DNA of 38,614 nt from a virus (taxonomy: Duplodnaviria > Caudoviricetes): positions 1 through 38,614 of IMG/VR virus record IMGVR_UViG_3300037044_000207. One strand, 5' to 3'. Positions 1-9,071 of the stretch are shown here, piece by piece (positions within the stretch are counted from its first letter, which is position 1; each line of letters opens with the position of its first letter). The notes below the pieces were generated by a model. That model was not told the origin of the DNA, did not search any database, and saw only the letters and a program-made list of their open reading frames with translations. A program made the translations under genes and the position numbers.

Positions 1-772
1 TTAATCGAGAAAAACTATGTTTTCAGTTTCTTCGTCAGCATTGTGCAACTCAATGTAATTGCCCGAGATTTTGAGGGGAAGAGGCTGTCCGTCAATAGCA
101 AAAAACAATCGATGCATCCCGGACAGCTCGCGGTTGTAGTTGTCTACAAAGTCGGCCGGCAAAAGTTCTTCCTCTGCAAGCAGTTTGCTGTTGCTCCGAG
201 TGTCAATAGCCAGCACCCGCTCGGAAAATATAGCCGAATGAAGCGACATAAAATCCATGGGAGCAGGCCGCTCGTGCCAGTCATTTTCCATAAAAATCCG
301 GAAGCCCTGTACCTGTGCAGTAAAATTAGCAGTGCCAAGAGTGAGCGGATATGTGCCTGATTCCATGTGTAGGTTTCTCTCAATTTCGTCCATCGTTGTC
401 CTTGCGGTGTCGCTGTCACTTGCGGCAGATAAATAGAGGCGGTAGCACACAAAATCTGTCCGAATATCCATGCCCGTCACGACTTCAAAGGGAGTTTGGG
501 TGTGTCCTTTTGCCCCTTGAAAATCGCTTGAATTTTCCACTTTGAGGTGGTTTACACGGTGAAACGTCTTTTTAAGTGGCGTGAGAATACGTAGCCCGAC
601 GCGCAAATTGATACTCGAAAGTTCGCGGTAATAGCTGTCGCGTGGTCTACCGAGCATAGCTGCTAGCATACCCATTACTGCGGTTCGGGGCGGCAAAGTG
701 TACGAGAGTGCAGTATTGTTTGCGTAATATTTTCGGAAATGGGCAAACTTTCCCACTAAATCAAAGCAGATA
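1..772 (-). CDS. cas5: CRISPR-associated Cas5 (type I-B-like), 5' end apparently interrupted by the prophage
   Basis: N-terminal Cas5 RAMP motif ICFDLVGKFAHFRKYYANNTALSYTLPPRTAVMGMLAAMLG and Gly-loop region YPLTLGTANF. Residues upstream of YICFD (ORF to 834) are encoded by the putative phage end. Confidence 0.9.
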
Positions 773-882
773 TATAATCCGCAAAACCAAAAGTGCATAA
801 AAAAACGCATTTTATAGCTGCATTTCGAGGGCAAAAATGCAGTTTCTCAGGGACTTTTAAAGGTCTTTAAAGCCCCTGAGAA
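773..882. repeat. Putative prophage left terminus with inverted repeats
   Basis: Non-coding AT-rich segment with CTGCATTT/AAATGCAG (818-842) and TTCTCAGGG...CCCTGAGAA (844-882) enclosing TTTAAAG-GT-CTTTAAA. Exact end base is uncertain. Confidence 0.55.
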
Positions 883-923
883 TCGCGTAAAAAATTCCTT
901 CACTAAATGAGGTGCGAAATACG

Positions 924-1733
924 TCAGTAATTCCGCACTAAAACTTCCGTTTTTCGCTTTCCTTTTGAGCCTGCGGACTTTGCCATGTCCCTGAAATCAG
1001 CTTCCCAATTTGGATTTAATCCCAGATGTAAATCCAACAATTCAGATGGATAACAGGTAAGAATGAACTTACCCTTGACATTTGAAAGTGCCTTTAAAAG
1101 GGCTTCAAAGTCCGTTTCAGTGTAACCACCATAATGTCCCATATTGGAGTTGAAATATGGAGGATCAATGAAGAAAAAGGTTTGCTCCCCATCATTTTGA
1201 TCAATCACATAAAGTGCTTCTCTACGCTCGACAAAAGTGTTTCTAAGTCGGTCAGTATAAACTGGCCCAAAGCGATTTGCTTTGTTGTAAAAGGTTGCAA
1301 CAACCTTGATGTCTCTACCGGGAAACAAACATTGGTTATCCAAAACTGCATACATGCTTGAGTTCGCCAGAATGAAAAACGCCCAGGCACATTGCAAGGG
1401 TGTGAAAAACTCCTGACTCTGCCGGATTGCAGATGCCTTTTGATGGCTTTCGCGGGCATAAGGTGTTGCGTCGATCATCATTTTAAGGGCATCGAAGTCA
1501 GTCTTCACCACCTGATAAAAGTTGATCACAAAGCCATCGAGGTCGTTAATGATTTCAACTTGACTCGGCTCCTTTGACCAGTAAACGGCTCCACCTCCAA
1601 GGAATGGTTCAACATACCTGGTATGCTCGGGAATCATCGGCAAAATGACTGGTAAAAGTGTTTGTTTGCCACCATAATAGGCGACAGGAGGGCGCAAATG
1701 AATGCGCCCTCGAGTGTTGTTTTTGTGTTGCAT
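924..1733 (-). CDS. DNA N6-adenine methyltransferase (Dam/D12 class)
   Basis: YYGGK, EPFLGGGAV (SAM binding), IINDLD, FFIDPPY catalytic motif, C-terminal EVLVRNY. Occupies the terminal position held by mom in Mu. Confidence 0.93.
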   Translation of the reverse strand: MQHKNNTRGRIHLRPPVAYYGGKQTLLPVILPMIPEHTRYVEPFLGGGAVYWSKEPSQVEIINDLDGFVINFYQVVKTDFDALKMMIDATPYARESHQKASAIRQSQEFFTPLQCAWAFFILANSSMYAVLDNQCLFPGRDIKVVATFYNKANRFGPVYTDRLRNTFVERREALYVIDQNDGEQTFFFIDPPYFNSNMGHYGGYTETDFEALLKALSNVKGKFILTCYPSELLDLHLGLNPNWEADFRDMAKSAGSKGKRKTEVLVRNY

Positions 1734-1767
1734 TTCTTAGCTTAATTTAAGCCTCAAAATAGAAACA

Positions 1768-1803
1768 AAAACGCCCTCCTTTTCAGTGAAAGGAAGGCGT
1801 TTG
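1768..1803 (-). terminator. Intrinsic terminator after the fibre genes
   Basis: AAACGCCCTCCTTT...AAAGGAAGGCGTTT hairpin followed by a T-rich run on the minus strand. Confidence 0.65.
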
Positions 1804-1820
1804 AATATCATTTATCAGCC

Positions 1821-2585
1821 TCAATTCCTCAGATAAAAATAAGGTATTCCACGATTGGTTACGGGCACCTCTTTAAAAAGGAGTATAGTTCTGATCCCTG
1901 GGTCACCACCGTTTGTCGCCTGTCTGCAATCAAAATCGGTAGTGGCTGTGCCTCCGGTTGGAAGAAGTCTATACCCAACCACAAAAGACATGTCGTTTTG
2001 CGCCAAGTTTCTGTACTGCGCAGAGCCTGCAATGATCCAGTTTGCCGTGGCATTGGCCCACGTGTTGTCATCTTGAGACCCCAACACTGCCAGCGCCACG
2101 ACATCATTGTCAACCGTTGTCTGCCCGGTCTGACTTACAAGAAAAGGCGACGTTGGAGCAGCATAAGTTGACCATGCCCCATCTTGGTCAAACCACCAAG
2201 TGCTGGCTGCATTGTCCGGTCTGAATACGTGCATTGCAACACTTGTACATACCGCTGAGGAGAAAAAAACTGAAGGATCGGCTGCCCAGGTGCCGTCAAA
2301 CCTAGCCCAAAATATTTGGGTAGTAATCCCGACGCCAATAATAGCCATCCCTGACGCAATCCACGTCTGACCTCCATCAGTATTTATTGTGATAGACGCA
2401 GAGTTGGCTCGCGCTTGACAAACCAATATGACCAAATCGCCTGCCAGCATAGAACCGGGAGGGGCGACCGACACGACAGAGGTCGCGTTAGTGCCATTGT
2501 CATCCGGAGTGGAGGTGCTTGCAAAATACGTTTGCGCTTTTATGGTGCCTGCAAACAGTAAGGCCAGAAGAATGAATAATCTCAT
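1821..2585 (-). CDS. Secreted-type beta-rich protein, possible fibre-tip or adhesin subunit
   Basis: Signal peptide MRLFILLALLFAGTIKA|Q; Thr/Ala/Trp-rich beta sequence (PPGSMLAGDLVILV); directly follows the long fibre gene. Confidence 0.65.
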   Translation of the reverse strand: MRLFILLALLFAGTIKAQTYFASTSTPDDNGTNATSVVSVAPPGSMLAGDLVILVCQARANSASITINTDGGQTWIASGMAIIGVGITTQIFWARFDGTWAADPSVFFSSAVCTSVAMHVFRPDNAASTWWFDQDGAWSTYAAPTSPFLVSQTGQTTVDNDVVALAVLGSQDDNTWANATANWIIAGSAQYRNLAQNDMSFVVGYRLLPTGGTATTDFDCRQATNGGDPGIRTILLFKEVPVTNRGIPYFYLRN

Positions 2586-2597
2586 TTTTAGTTTATT

Positions 2598-5500
2598 TTA
2601 AAAACCTTTTGTGATACCACAGCAATCCCACTTATTGTCCTCCGCGTTAAAGAGGAACGCGAGATACATTGTACTTCCTGCCACCGTAGCCGCAGGTGCA
2701 GGGATTTCAGTAGAGAATCGGTATGCGGCATTCCAAGCTAGCGTCCTGCTTGTGCCATTGTCTTTCACACGGATTAACAACGTTTGACCATTTAGGCCGG
2801 TGCCTGGGTTACCAAAGGTGGCGTTGACAGCAAGAGCCGTAACAATGTAAACATCATCCGTGCTTTCGTTTGGAGTTGGCGTTGAAGAAGAAGCCGTAGA
2901 TGTTACCCGATTGACCACTTCTTTATTGGTCAACGTTTGCGTAGACGAAAGCTGTACTATGTCAGTCCCAACGTCAATGGTTGGGTTGCTTGACACACCG
3001 TTCCCGTTATTGATCAAGATTTTGTTTGTGGTACCATTAATCGTTCGCTTTACATACGAGCCACCACCTTGGTCAATAATTAAACCTTGAGTCCCATCCA
3101 TGAAGGCAAACCCATTGATCTTTGCATCAAAATCTTGTTTATCGGCAAGCGCATCATCTAAATCCGTTTGATCCGAAAGCGTCCCTGTAATACTCCCCCA
3201 CGTCCCGCCACCGCCACCGCCAAGCTCAACCCAAGCCCCGTTCTCCCGGAATCTGAACTTGTTTGTGGTATTATTGTATAAAATCCCGCCGTTTGCGAGC
3301 GGTGTGATAGCTCCCTCTTGAGTGCTGTTCATTATCGGAGGGAAGAACATTTCTTCTGTAGATGTGCACGTGAAACCGCTGGCTGAGACCCCAAATGTGT
3401 TTACGTTATTATAAGTCATCTGAGCCTGTGAAGACAGGGCAGATACAGCAGAGTAAATGCTAAAACCTGCATTAAATCCTGTCAAGCTGGCTGCGGAGTT
3501 GCTGGCTGTGAAGTAGTGCTGCAAATTCTTACTTCTCAAAAAAGAAGAAGAAGACCCGTCATTCACTTCCAGCCCAGCGTTTCCTCCAGCAAAATCGAAC
3601 CTTATTACAGCAGAAGCGGGGAGAACGCCGTTGGTCGTGCCAGCCTGAAATGTACCATCTCCACCTAATAGTCCATTATTGTCCGTTGCAAATGAAAGGC
3701 CGCCAGAGCCATCCGATTTTAGGACTTGGTCTGGGTCGCCGTCAGTTGTTGGGAGCGTCAAATTATAGTCCGCGCCAAATGTCGCGGGTGCCTTTAGCCC
3801 GATTTTATTGCCGCCTGCCCCGGAAGGTTCGTAAATAAAGAACGTCGAGGCCGCAGTTCCACCACCGACATGTACATCGCCCCCGCTTGGATTCAAAAGA
3901 ATGGAACCCTTTGTCGCATTGGTGGTGCTATTTAAAATAAGTCCACCTCCGGAGGTTGTGCCCCCATTCAAAGTCTGGCTCGTGCCTCGCCCAAGCAGTA
4001 ATGCGTATTGGGTGTGGTCGTCGTCACCAAGGCCGGACATTGAGCCGTGATCGTTTATGATTTCAGAGGTCAGGGCGAGCGTTCCATTGACGTTTGGCAG
4101 AGTGTAAGTCCTGGTCGTGGCAGTGGATATAGCCGAAGCCTCGAACGTAGCAAGTTTGGTGTTGTCTGTGTTATCGCTCAGCGTGAAGGCGTTGTCACGA
4201 AAGCGGTTGCCCGTGCCCGTATGAGTCCAGTTGCCAGATATCGTCTCGGCTGAACCAACCCGCGCAATTATCGTCCCGTCGGCAATGTCTGTCTCCGGAA
4301 TGGTCGACGATCCGGTGAAAGCGCTGGTGCCGTTTCCCTTCAGGTAGCCAGTCAACGTGCTAGCACCGCTACCGCCCTTCGATACAGGATTTACACCCGT
4401 CACGTCAGCGGTTGAAAGGTCAACCGCGCCATTGGCCAACTCCGTAGCCGTGACCGTATTGGCTCCGATTTGCAGGTTCGACAATGGGCCGCTCAGGTCG
4501 CCGCCTGATGTGGAAGCCGTTGTCAAGACTGCTGTTGTGACCGCCAACTCGTAGCTATTGGCAACGTCGTCGTATGTTTTCTGAATGCCCGTTCCTGGAA
4601 CAATCAGAGCATTCACTCGGTCGTCAACTCGCTCATCCAAGTAGTACAGGTTCGAGCCTTCTCCAATGTCGCTCGTGGTCGCGTCGGCACCAGAAGTAAC
4701 CAAACCCTTTGCGTCGTAGGTAACTTTGGTTTTGGTGGCACCCGTGATGGGCGTATTTTCATCAACCTTACCGTCAAGAGCCGTTTGTAGGTCAGTCTGG
4801 GCAGATAACGTGCCGCCAATATCGCCCCAGTTCGCACCACCACCCCCAGCCGCGTCCGCAGCTGGAGCCCAGTCGGTACCGTTCCACTTGATAACCTGGC
4901 CGGACGAAGCACCAGCCTGCGCGATCTTTGCCATAGTGACAGCATCGTCGGCAAGCTCTGCCGTGTTCACCGCATTGTCCGCAAGCTTTGCGTTTGTGAC
5001 CGCATTGTCCGCAAGTTCGGTCGAGCCTACCACGCCAGCACCCAACTGAAGGTTGGAAAGCGTACCGCTTAGGTCCCCGCCCGCTGCGTCGGATGTCAGC
5101 GCGAGCGTTCCATTGACGTTTGGCAGAGTGTAAGTCCTGGTCGTGGCGGTGGATATACTCGATGCCTCGAACGTAGCCAACTTCGTATTATCACCGTTGT
5201 CGCTCAGGGTGAAGGCGTTGTCCCTAAAGCGGTTTCCGGTGCCCGTATAAGTCCAGTTGCCCGAAATTGTCTCAGCTGACCCAACCCGTGCAAGTAACGT
5301 CCCGTCGGCAATGTCCGTCTCCGGAATCGTCGCCGCTGCGGTAAATGGACTGGTGCCGTTTCCCTTCAGGTAGCCATTCAACGTGCTAGCACCGCTACCG
5401 CCCTTCGATACAGGATTTACACCCGTCACGTCAGCGGTGGACAGGTCAACTGCTCCATTGGCCAACTCCGTGGCCGTGACCGTATTGGCTCCGATTTGCA

Positions 5501-7484
5501 GATTGGACAATGGGCCGCTCAGGTCGCCGCCTGATGCCGATGAGGTTGTAAGCACATCTGCTGACACGGCCAACTCGTAGCTGTTGGCCACATCGTTGTA
5601 CGTTTTCTGAATGCCCGTTCCTGGAACAATCAGCGCGTTAACCCGGTCATCAACACGCTCGTCATTGTAGTATAAATTCGAGCCTTCTGCAATATCGCTC
5701 GTGGTTGCGTCGGCACCTGAAGTAACCAGACCCTTTGAGTCGTAGCTTACTTTGGTTTTGGTGGCACCCGTGATAGGCGTGTTTTCATCAACCTTGCCGT
5801 CAAGTGCCGTTTGTAGGTCAGTCTGGGCAGATAACGTGCCGCCAATATCGCCCCAGTTCGCACCACCGCCTCCAGCCGCATCCGCAGCTGGAGCCCAGTC
5901 GGTACCGTTCCACTTGATAACCTGGCCGGACGAAGCACCAGCCTGCGCGATCTTTGCCATAGTGACAGCATCGTCGGCAAGCTCTGCCGTGTTCACCGCG
6001 TTGTCACCAAGCTTTGCGTTTGTGACCGAATTGTCCGCAAGCTCGGTCGAGCCTACCACGCCAGCACCCAACTGAAGGTTGGAAAGCGTACCGCTCAGAT
6101 CGCCGCCAGCGGTGGAAGCCGTTGTCAAGACTGCGGCTGTAACCGCAAGCTCGTAGGTGTTGGCTCCATCGTTGTAGGTTTTTTGAAGGCCGTTGCCAGC
6201 AATCACCAGAGCGTTCACTCTGTCATCAACTCTTTCATCCTGGTAGTACAGGTTCGACCCCTCTGCAATATCGCTCGTGGTTGCGTCGGCACCTGAAGTA
6301 ACCAGACCCTTCGAGTCATAGGTAACCTTGGTCTTTGTCGATCCTGTGATGGGCGTGTTTTCGTCAACCTTGCCGTCAAGTGCCGTTTGTAGGTCAGTCT
6401 GGGCAGATAACGTGCCGCCAATATCGCCCCAGTTCGCACCACCACCCCCAGCCGCGTCCGCAGCTGGAGCCCAGTCGGTACCGTTCCACTTGATAACCTG
6501 TCCAGAAGAAGCACCAGCCTGCGCGATCTTTGCCATAGTGACAGCATCGTCCGCTAGTTCTGCGGTGTTAACCGCGTTGTCCGCAAGCTTTGCGTTTGTG
6601 ACCGCATTGTCCGCAAGCTCGGTCGAGCCTACCACGCCAGCACCCAACTGAAGGTTGGAAAGCGTACCGCTTAGGTCCCCGCCCGCTGCGTCGGATGTCA
6701 GCGCCAGCGTTCCGTTTGCGTTTGGCAAGGTGTACGTGCGCGTTGTACCAGTTGCAATACCGGATGCTTGAAACTTGGCTATTTTAGAGTTGTCGCCATC
6801 ATCCGTTATGGAGAAATTGTTGTCACGAAAGACTGTATTACCTATGAAAGTCCAGGCTCCCGAAATCGTTTCGTTGCCGCTGATTCGTGCCAAAATATTG
6901 TCATTCTGAATGTCAGCTTCTGGTATCAGCGCCGATGCGGTGAACGGACTGGTCCCGTTGCCCTTCAGATAACCAGTCAAAGTACTAGCTCCGCTACCGC
7001 CTTTCGATACAGGGTTTACACCAGTTACGTCAGCGGTGGACAGGTCAACTCCTCCAGTTGCTATATGCGTAGCGTTGATACTGGAATTCAAAATATTAAG
7101 CGGTGAAAGTGCTGTACCGCTCCCTGTGATCGGTCCGGTCACGGATGCGCCCGCCCAATCGAGTGGATCACCTGGGGTTCCATCACCTGTCAGATTTGCA
7201 CCTGTGGAAACCACTTGATCGCCCCAGTCATCGCCACCGCCGCCACCACCACCGCCGCCGCCGCTGTTGTTTAGAACAAAGTCCTTCACCGCTTTCGCGG
7301 TAGGGATCGCATTGTGCGTTGCGCCGATCAGCGCAGTGTCCGTCATAATCAGTGTGACTTTCTGGCCATTTAGCCAGAATTCAGTGGTTGTTTTAATGAC
7401 ATCGGTAAGGATGGTCTTTTTCTGTGCGTAACAGCCCAGGCTTGCAAACAGAAAGAGCAAAATGATAAAGTGTTTGTTCTTCAT
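2598..7484 (-). CDS. 1628-aa repetitive tail-fibre-like protein with N-terminal signal peptide
   Basis: Gly/Thr/Ala-rich fibre repeats (AVTxAKLA, GQVIKWNGTDW, WGDIGGTLSAQTDL, TRTYTLP); position after baseplate genes; leader MKNKHFIILLFLFASLGCYA|Q. Confidence 0.8.
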   Translation of the reverse strand: MKNKHFIILLFLFASLGCYAQKKTILTDVIKTTTEFWLNGQKVTLIMTDTALIGATHNAIPTAKAVKDFVLNNSGGGGGGGGGGDDWGDQVVSTGANLTGDGTPGDPLDWAGASVTGPITGSGTALSPLNILNSSINATHIATGGVDLSTADVTGVNPVSKGGSGASTLTGYLKGNGTSPFTASALIPEADIQNDNILARISGNETISGAWTFIGNTVFRDNNFSITDDGDNSKIAKFQASGIATGTTRTYTLPNANGTLALTSDAAGGDLSGTLSNLQLGAGVVGSTELADNAVTNAKLADNAVNTAELADDAVTMAKIAQAGASSGQVIKWNGTDWAPAADAAGGGGANWGDIGGTLSAQTDLQTALDGKVDENTPITGSTKTKVTYDSKGLVTSGADATTSDIAEGSNLYYQDERVDDRVNALVIAGNGLQKTYNDGANTYELAVTAAVLTTASTAGGDLSGTLSNLQLGAGVVGSTELADNSVTNAKLGDNAVNTAELADDAVTMAKIAQAGASSGQVIKWNGTDWAPAADAAGGGGANWGDIGGTLSAQTDLQTALDGKVDENTPITGATKTKVSYDSKGLVTSGADATTSDIAEGSNLYYNDERVDDRVNALIVPGTGIQKTYNDVANSYELAVSADVLTTSSASGGDLSGPLSNLQIGANTVTATELANGAVDLSTADVTGVNPVSKGGSGASTLNGYLKGNGTSPFTAAATIPETDIADGTLLARVGSAETISGNWTYTGTGNRFRDNAFTLSDNGDNTKLATFEASSISTATTRTYTLPNVNGTLALTSDAAGGDLSGTLSNLQLGAGVVGSTELADNAVTNAKLADNAVNTAELADDAVTMAKIAQAGASSGQVIKWNGTDWAPAADAAGGGGANWGDIGGTLSAQTDLQTALDGKVDENTPITGATKTKVTYDAKGLVTSGADATTSDIGEGSNLYYLDERVDDRVNALIVPGTGIQKTYDDVANSYELAVTTAVLTTASTSGGDLSGPLSNLQIGANTVTATELANGAVDLSTADVTGVNPVSKGGSGASTLTGYLKGNGTSAFTGSSTIPETDIADGTIIARVGSAETISGNWTHTGTGNRFRDNAFTLSDNTDNTKLATFEASAISTATTRTYTLPNVNGTLALTSEIINDHGSMSGLGDDDHTQYALLLGRGTSQTLNGGTTSGGGLILNSTTNATKGSILLNPSGGDVHVGGGTAASTFFIYEPSGAGGNKIGLKAPATFGADYNLTLPTTDGDPDQVLKSDGSGGLSFATDNNGLLGGDGTFQAGTTNGVLPASAVIRFDFAGGNAGLEVNDGSSSSFLRSKNLQHYFTASNSAASLTGFNAGFSIYSAVSALSSQAQMTYNNVNTFGVSASGFTCTSTEEMFFPPIMNSTQEGAITPLANGGILYNNTTNKFRFRENGAWVELGGGGGGTWGSITGTLSDQTDLDDALADKQDFDAKINGFAFMDGTQGLIIDQGGGSYVKRTINGTTNKILINNGNGVSSNPTIDVGTDIVQLSSTQTLTNKEVVNRVTSTASSSTPTPNESTDDVYIVTALAVNATFGNPGTGLNGQTLLIRVKDNGTSRTLAWNAAYRFSTEIPAPAATVAGSTMYLAFLFNAEDNKWDCCGITKGF
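4075..6700. repeat. Intragenic near-identical tandem duplications (1026-bp and 576-bp periods)
   Basis: 4075-5085 matches 5101-6111 (offset 1026); a block near 5640-6110 recurs near 6215-6690 (offset 576). The same shadow ORFs recur at 4726, 5752 and 6328. Confidence 0.92.
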
Positions 7485-7936
7485 TGAAAAATCAATTTAA
7501 TGGACCATGTTCCGGCCAGGCCGGAGAAATAGATTGTTGTTGGGTTTTCAAGGTCAAAGTCGAGGGTGTAAATCCCGGCAACGCCACTTGGCACATTATC
7601 ATCTGGCAGTATCTCGCTGCCGCCATTGGTTGTGCCAATTTTGAAATTGGCCATGAGCGACGTGGACTTGATGCGAACCTTGTACAAGATGTTCCCACCT
7701 GAAGTGGAGTGGTTCACGCTGCCTTCCGACCCAGACAGCACTACGGGGCTAAGGCTGCTCACCAACGATGCATCAGCCTTATCATTCAGCGCGGCAGATA
7801 AGCCGGAAATCACTGACTGAGGAATGGATTCATCCTTGTGCCAGTATGAATCCATCCAGTCGTGAAACTGCGATTGAAGGGGTTTTAAACCCGTCAAAAA
7901 CCAAGCTTTGAGAGTGCTGATCGGTCTAAGTGCCAT
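7481..7936 (-). CDS. Short fibre-anchor or baseplate-associated protein
   Basis: N-terminal TLKAWFLTGLKPLQSQFHDWMDSYWHKDE motif typical of Bacteroidota phage/CIS fibre N-termini; ATGA overlap with the fibre gene. Confidence 0.6.
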   Translation of the reverse strand: MALRPISTLKAWFLTGLKPLQSQFHDWMDSYWHKDESIPQSVISGLSAALNDKADASLVSSLSPVVLSGSEGSVNHSTSGGNILYKVRIKSTSLMANFKIGTTNGGSEILPDDNVPSGVAGIYTLDFDLENPTTIYFSGLAGTWSIKLIFQ

Positions 7937-7937
7937 G

Positions 7938-9071
7938 TCAGATTATGCGTTGTATGAATACAAGTACCCGGTAAGGTGGACGGTTTTCGTGAGCATTGCC
8001 ACCACCAGTGAGTGGCATCGGTATCGGCGCGTCGCGGATATTCACTTCGTCACCCGAATTGATTGCGTCAAATGCGCTGGGCGTGTCGGGCTGTGACACC
8101 ACGCTTTTTTTCAGCATGCCAACCTCTCCAGCGGCGATAGTATCGCCCGTGTGCCTGTGCGCTGGCATTTCGGCTATTGTCAGCGTGTGTGTTTTCTCCC
8201 CTCCGTTATTACCAGGAGTGTTGTAGTTCACGTCCCAGAGGTTCCCGCCCGGGTCGGAGATTCGTCCGTCGTAAGCAACCGGGAAGCGGCTGCGCATATC
8301 AAGGGTGCCGTTTGCGCCGTTTGCCAAAGCCCATCCCTTCAGTTCCCATTTTCCCAGTCCGGTGCCATCAAAGGAGCTTGAAAGTGCGGCGCGCATACGA
8401 ATGTCCCCGATCGGGGCGGCTGCCCTCGTAACCACGTCGGCGAGACGTTGGCTAGTGTAGGGGTCGAATCGGATGAAGTTGGAGGGTGGTGCGGTGTTTG
8501 TCCAAGTGCCATCATCTTTGAGGAAAGCGGGATACCCGCCCGAATAGGCTGGCGCGGCGACAAACTTTCGGTTTATGACCGCCGCACCCGCGCTGATATC
8601 GCAGGTGGACGCGCCCGTGTCAACACTCGTAACGGCCATGCCGCTGAGCACAACCTCGGGTTCAAAAAGAACCGCATCGAGGAGGCGGTTTTGAAGGTTC
8701 TGCACCGATTCAATGCGCTGCAAATCAGCAAAGGGAAATTGAACCGCCCCGGTACCAAACCGTGCCTTTCGGTTAAAATATCGCTGCACAAGCGTACCGT
8801 TTTGGTTTGCCTTTGAAACCACCGTTTCCTCAATGAAAAAGTTGGTGGCCACTGTGCCGCCCTGAAAAAACATTAGTTCTCCATTGACCATGATCCAGCC
8901 GTCAGAAACTGCTGATCCTGCCTGAATAACGCCTGATACAATCACTAGCTCGCCAAACCACTTACCAAGCCCGTTAAGGCCGGTTGTGTAAGCTGCTTGC
9001 ATGAAGCCGAGTGTTGCATCGGATTCAAGCGGAAAGCCATTAGGCTGCGTATTAAAATCTGCTCTGTTCAT
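7938..9071 (-). CDS. Tail collar domain / short tail fibre protein
   Basis: PIGDIRM...GWALANGANGTLDMRSRF, GGEKTHTLTIAEMPAH and GGGNAHENRPPYRVLVFIQ collar motifs. Confidence 0.85.
   Translation of the reverse strand: MNRADFNTQPNGFPLESDATLGFMQAAYTTGLNGLGKWFGELVIVSGVIQAGSAVSDGWIMVNGELMFFQGGTVATNFFIEETVVSKANQNGTLVQRYFNRKARFGTGAVQFPFADLQRIESVQNLQNRLLDAVLFEPEVVLSGMAVTSVDTGASTCDISAGAAVINRKFVAAPAYSGGYPAFLKDDGTWTNTAPPSNFIRFDPYTSQRLADVVTRAAAPIGDIRMRAALSSSFDGTGLGKWELKGWALANGANGTLDMRSRFPVAYDGRISDPGGNLWDVNYNTPGNNGGEKTHTLTIAEMPAHRHTGDTIAAGEVGMLKKSVVSQPDTPSAFDAINSGDEVNIRDAPIPMPLTGGGNAHENRPPYRVLVFIQRII

Noticed and set aside
773-834. Native N-terminal extension of Cas5 (MPSKCSYKMRFFMHFWFCGL)
   Set aside because: Cas5 proteins normally start a few residues before the first beta strand; this segment is better explained as phage terminal DNA.
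4075-6700. DGR template/variable repeats or invertible fibre cassette
   Set aside because: The repeats are in-frame direct duplications with mostly synonymous, non-adenine-specific differences, and there is no reverse transcriptase or invertase in the window.
7475-7495. Frameshift fusing the anchor protein to the fibre
   Set aside because: It is a plain ATGA coupling with no X XXY YYZ heptamer or stimulatory hairpin.
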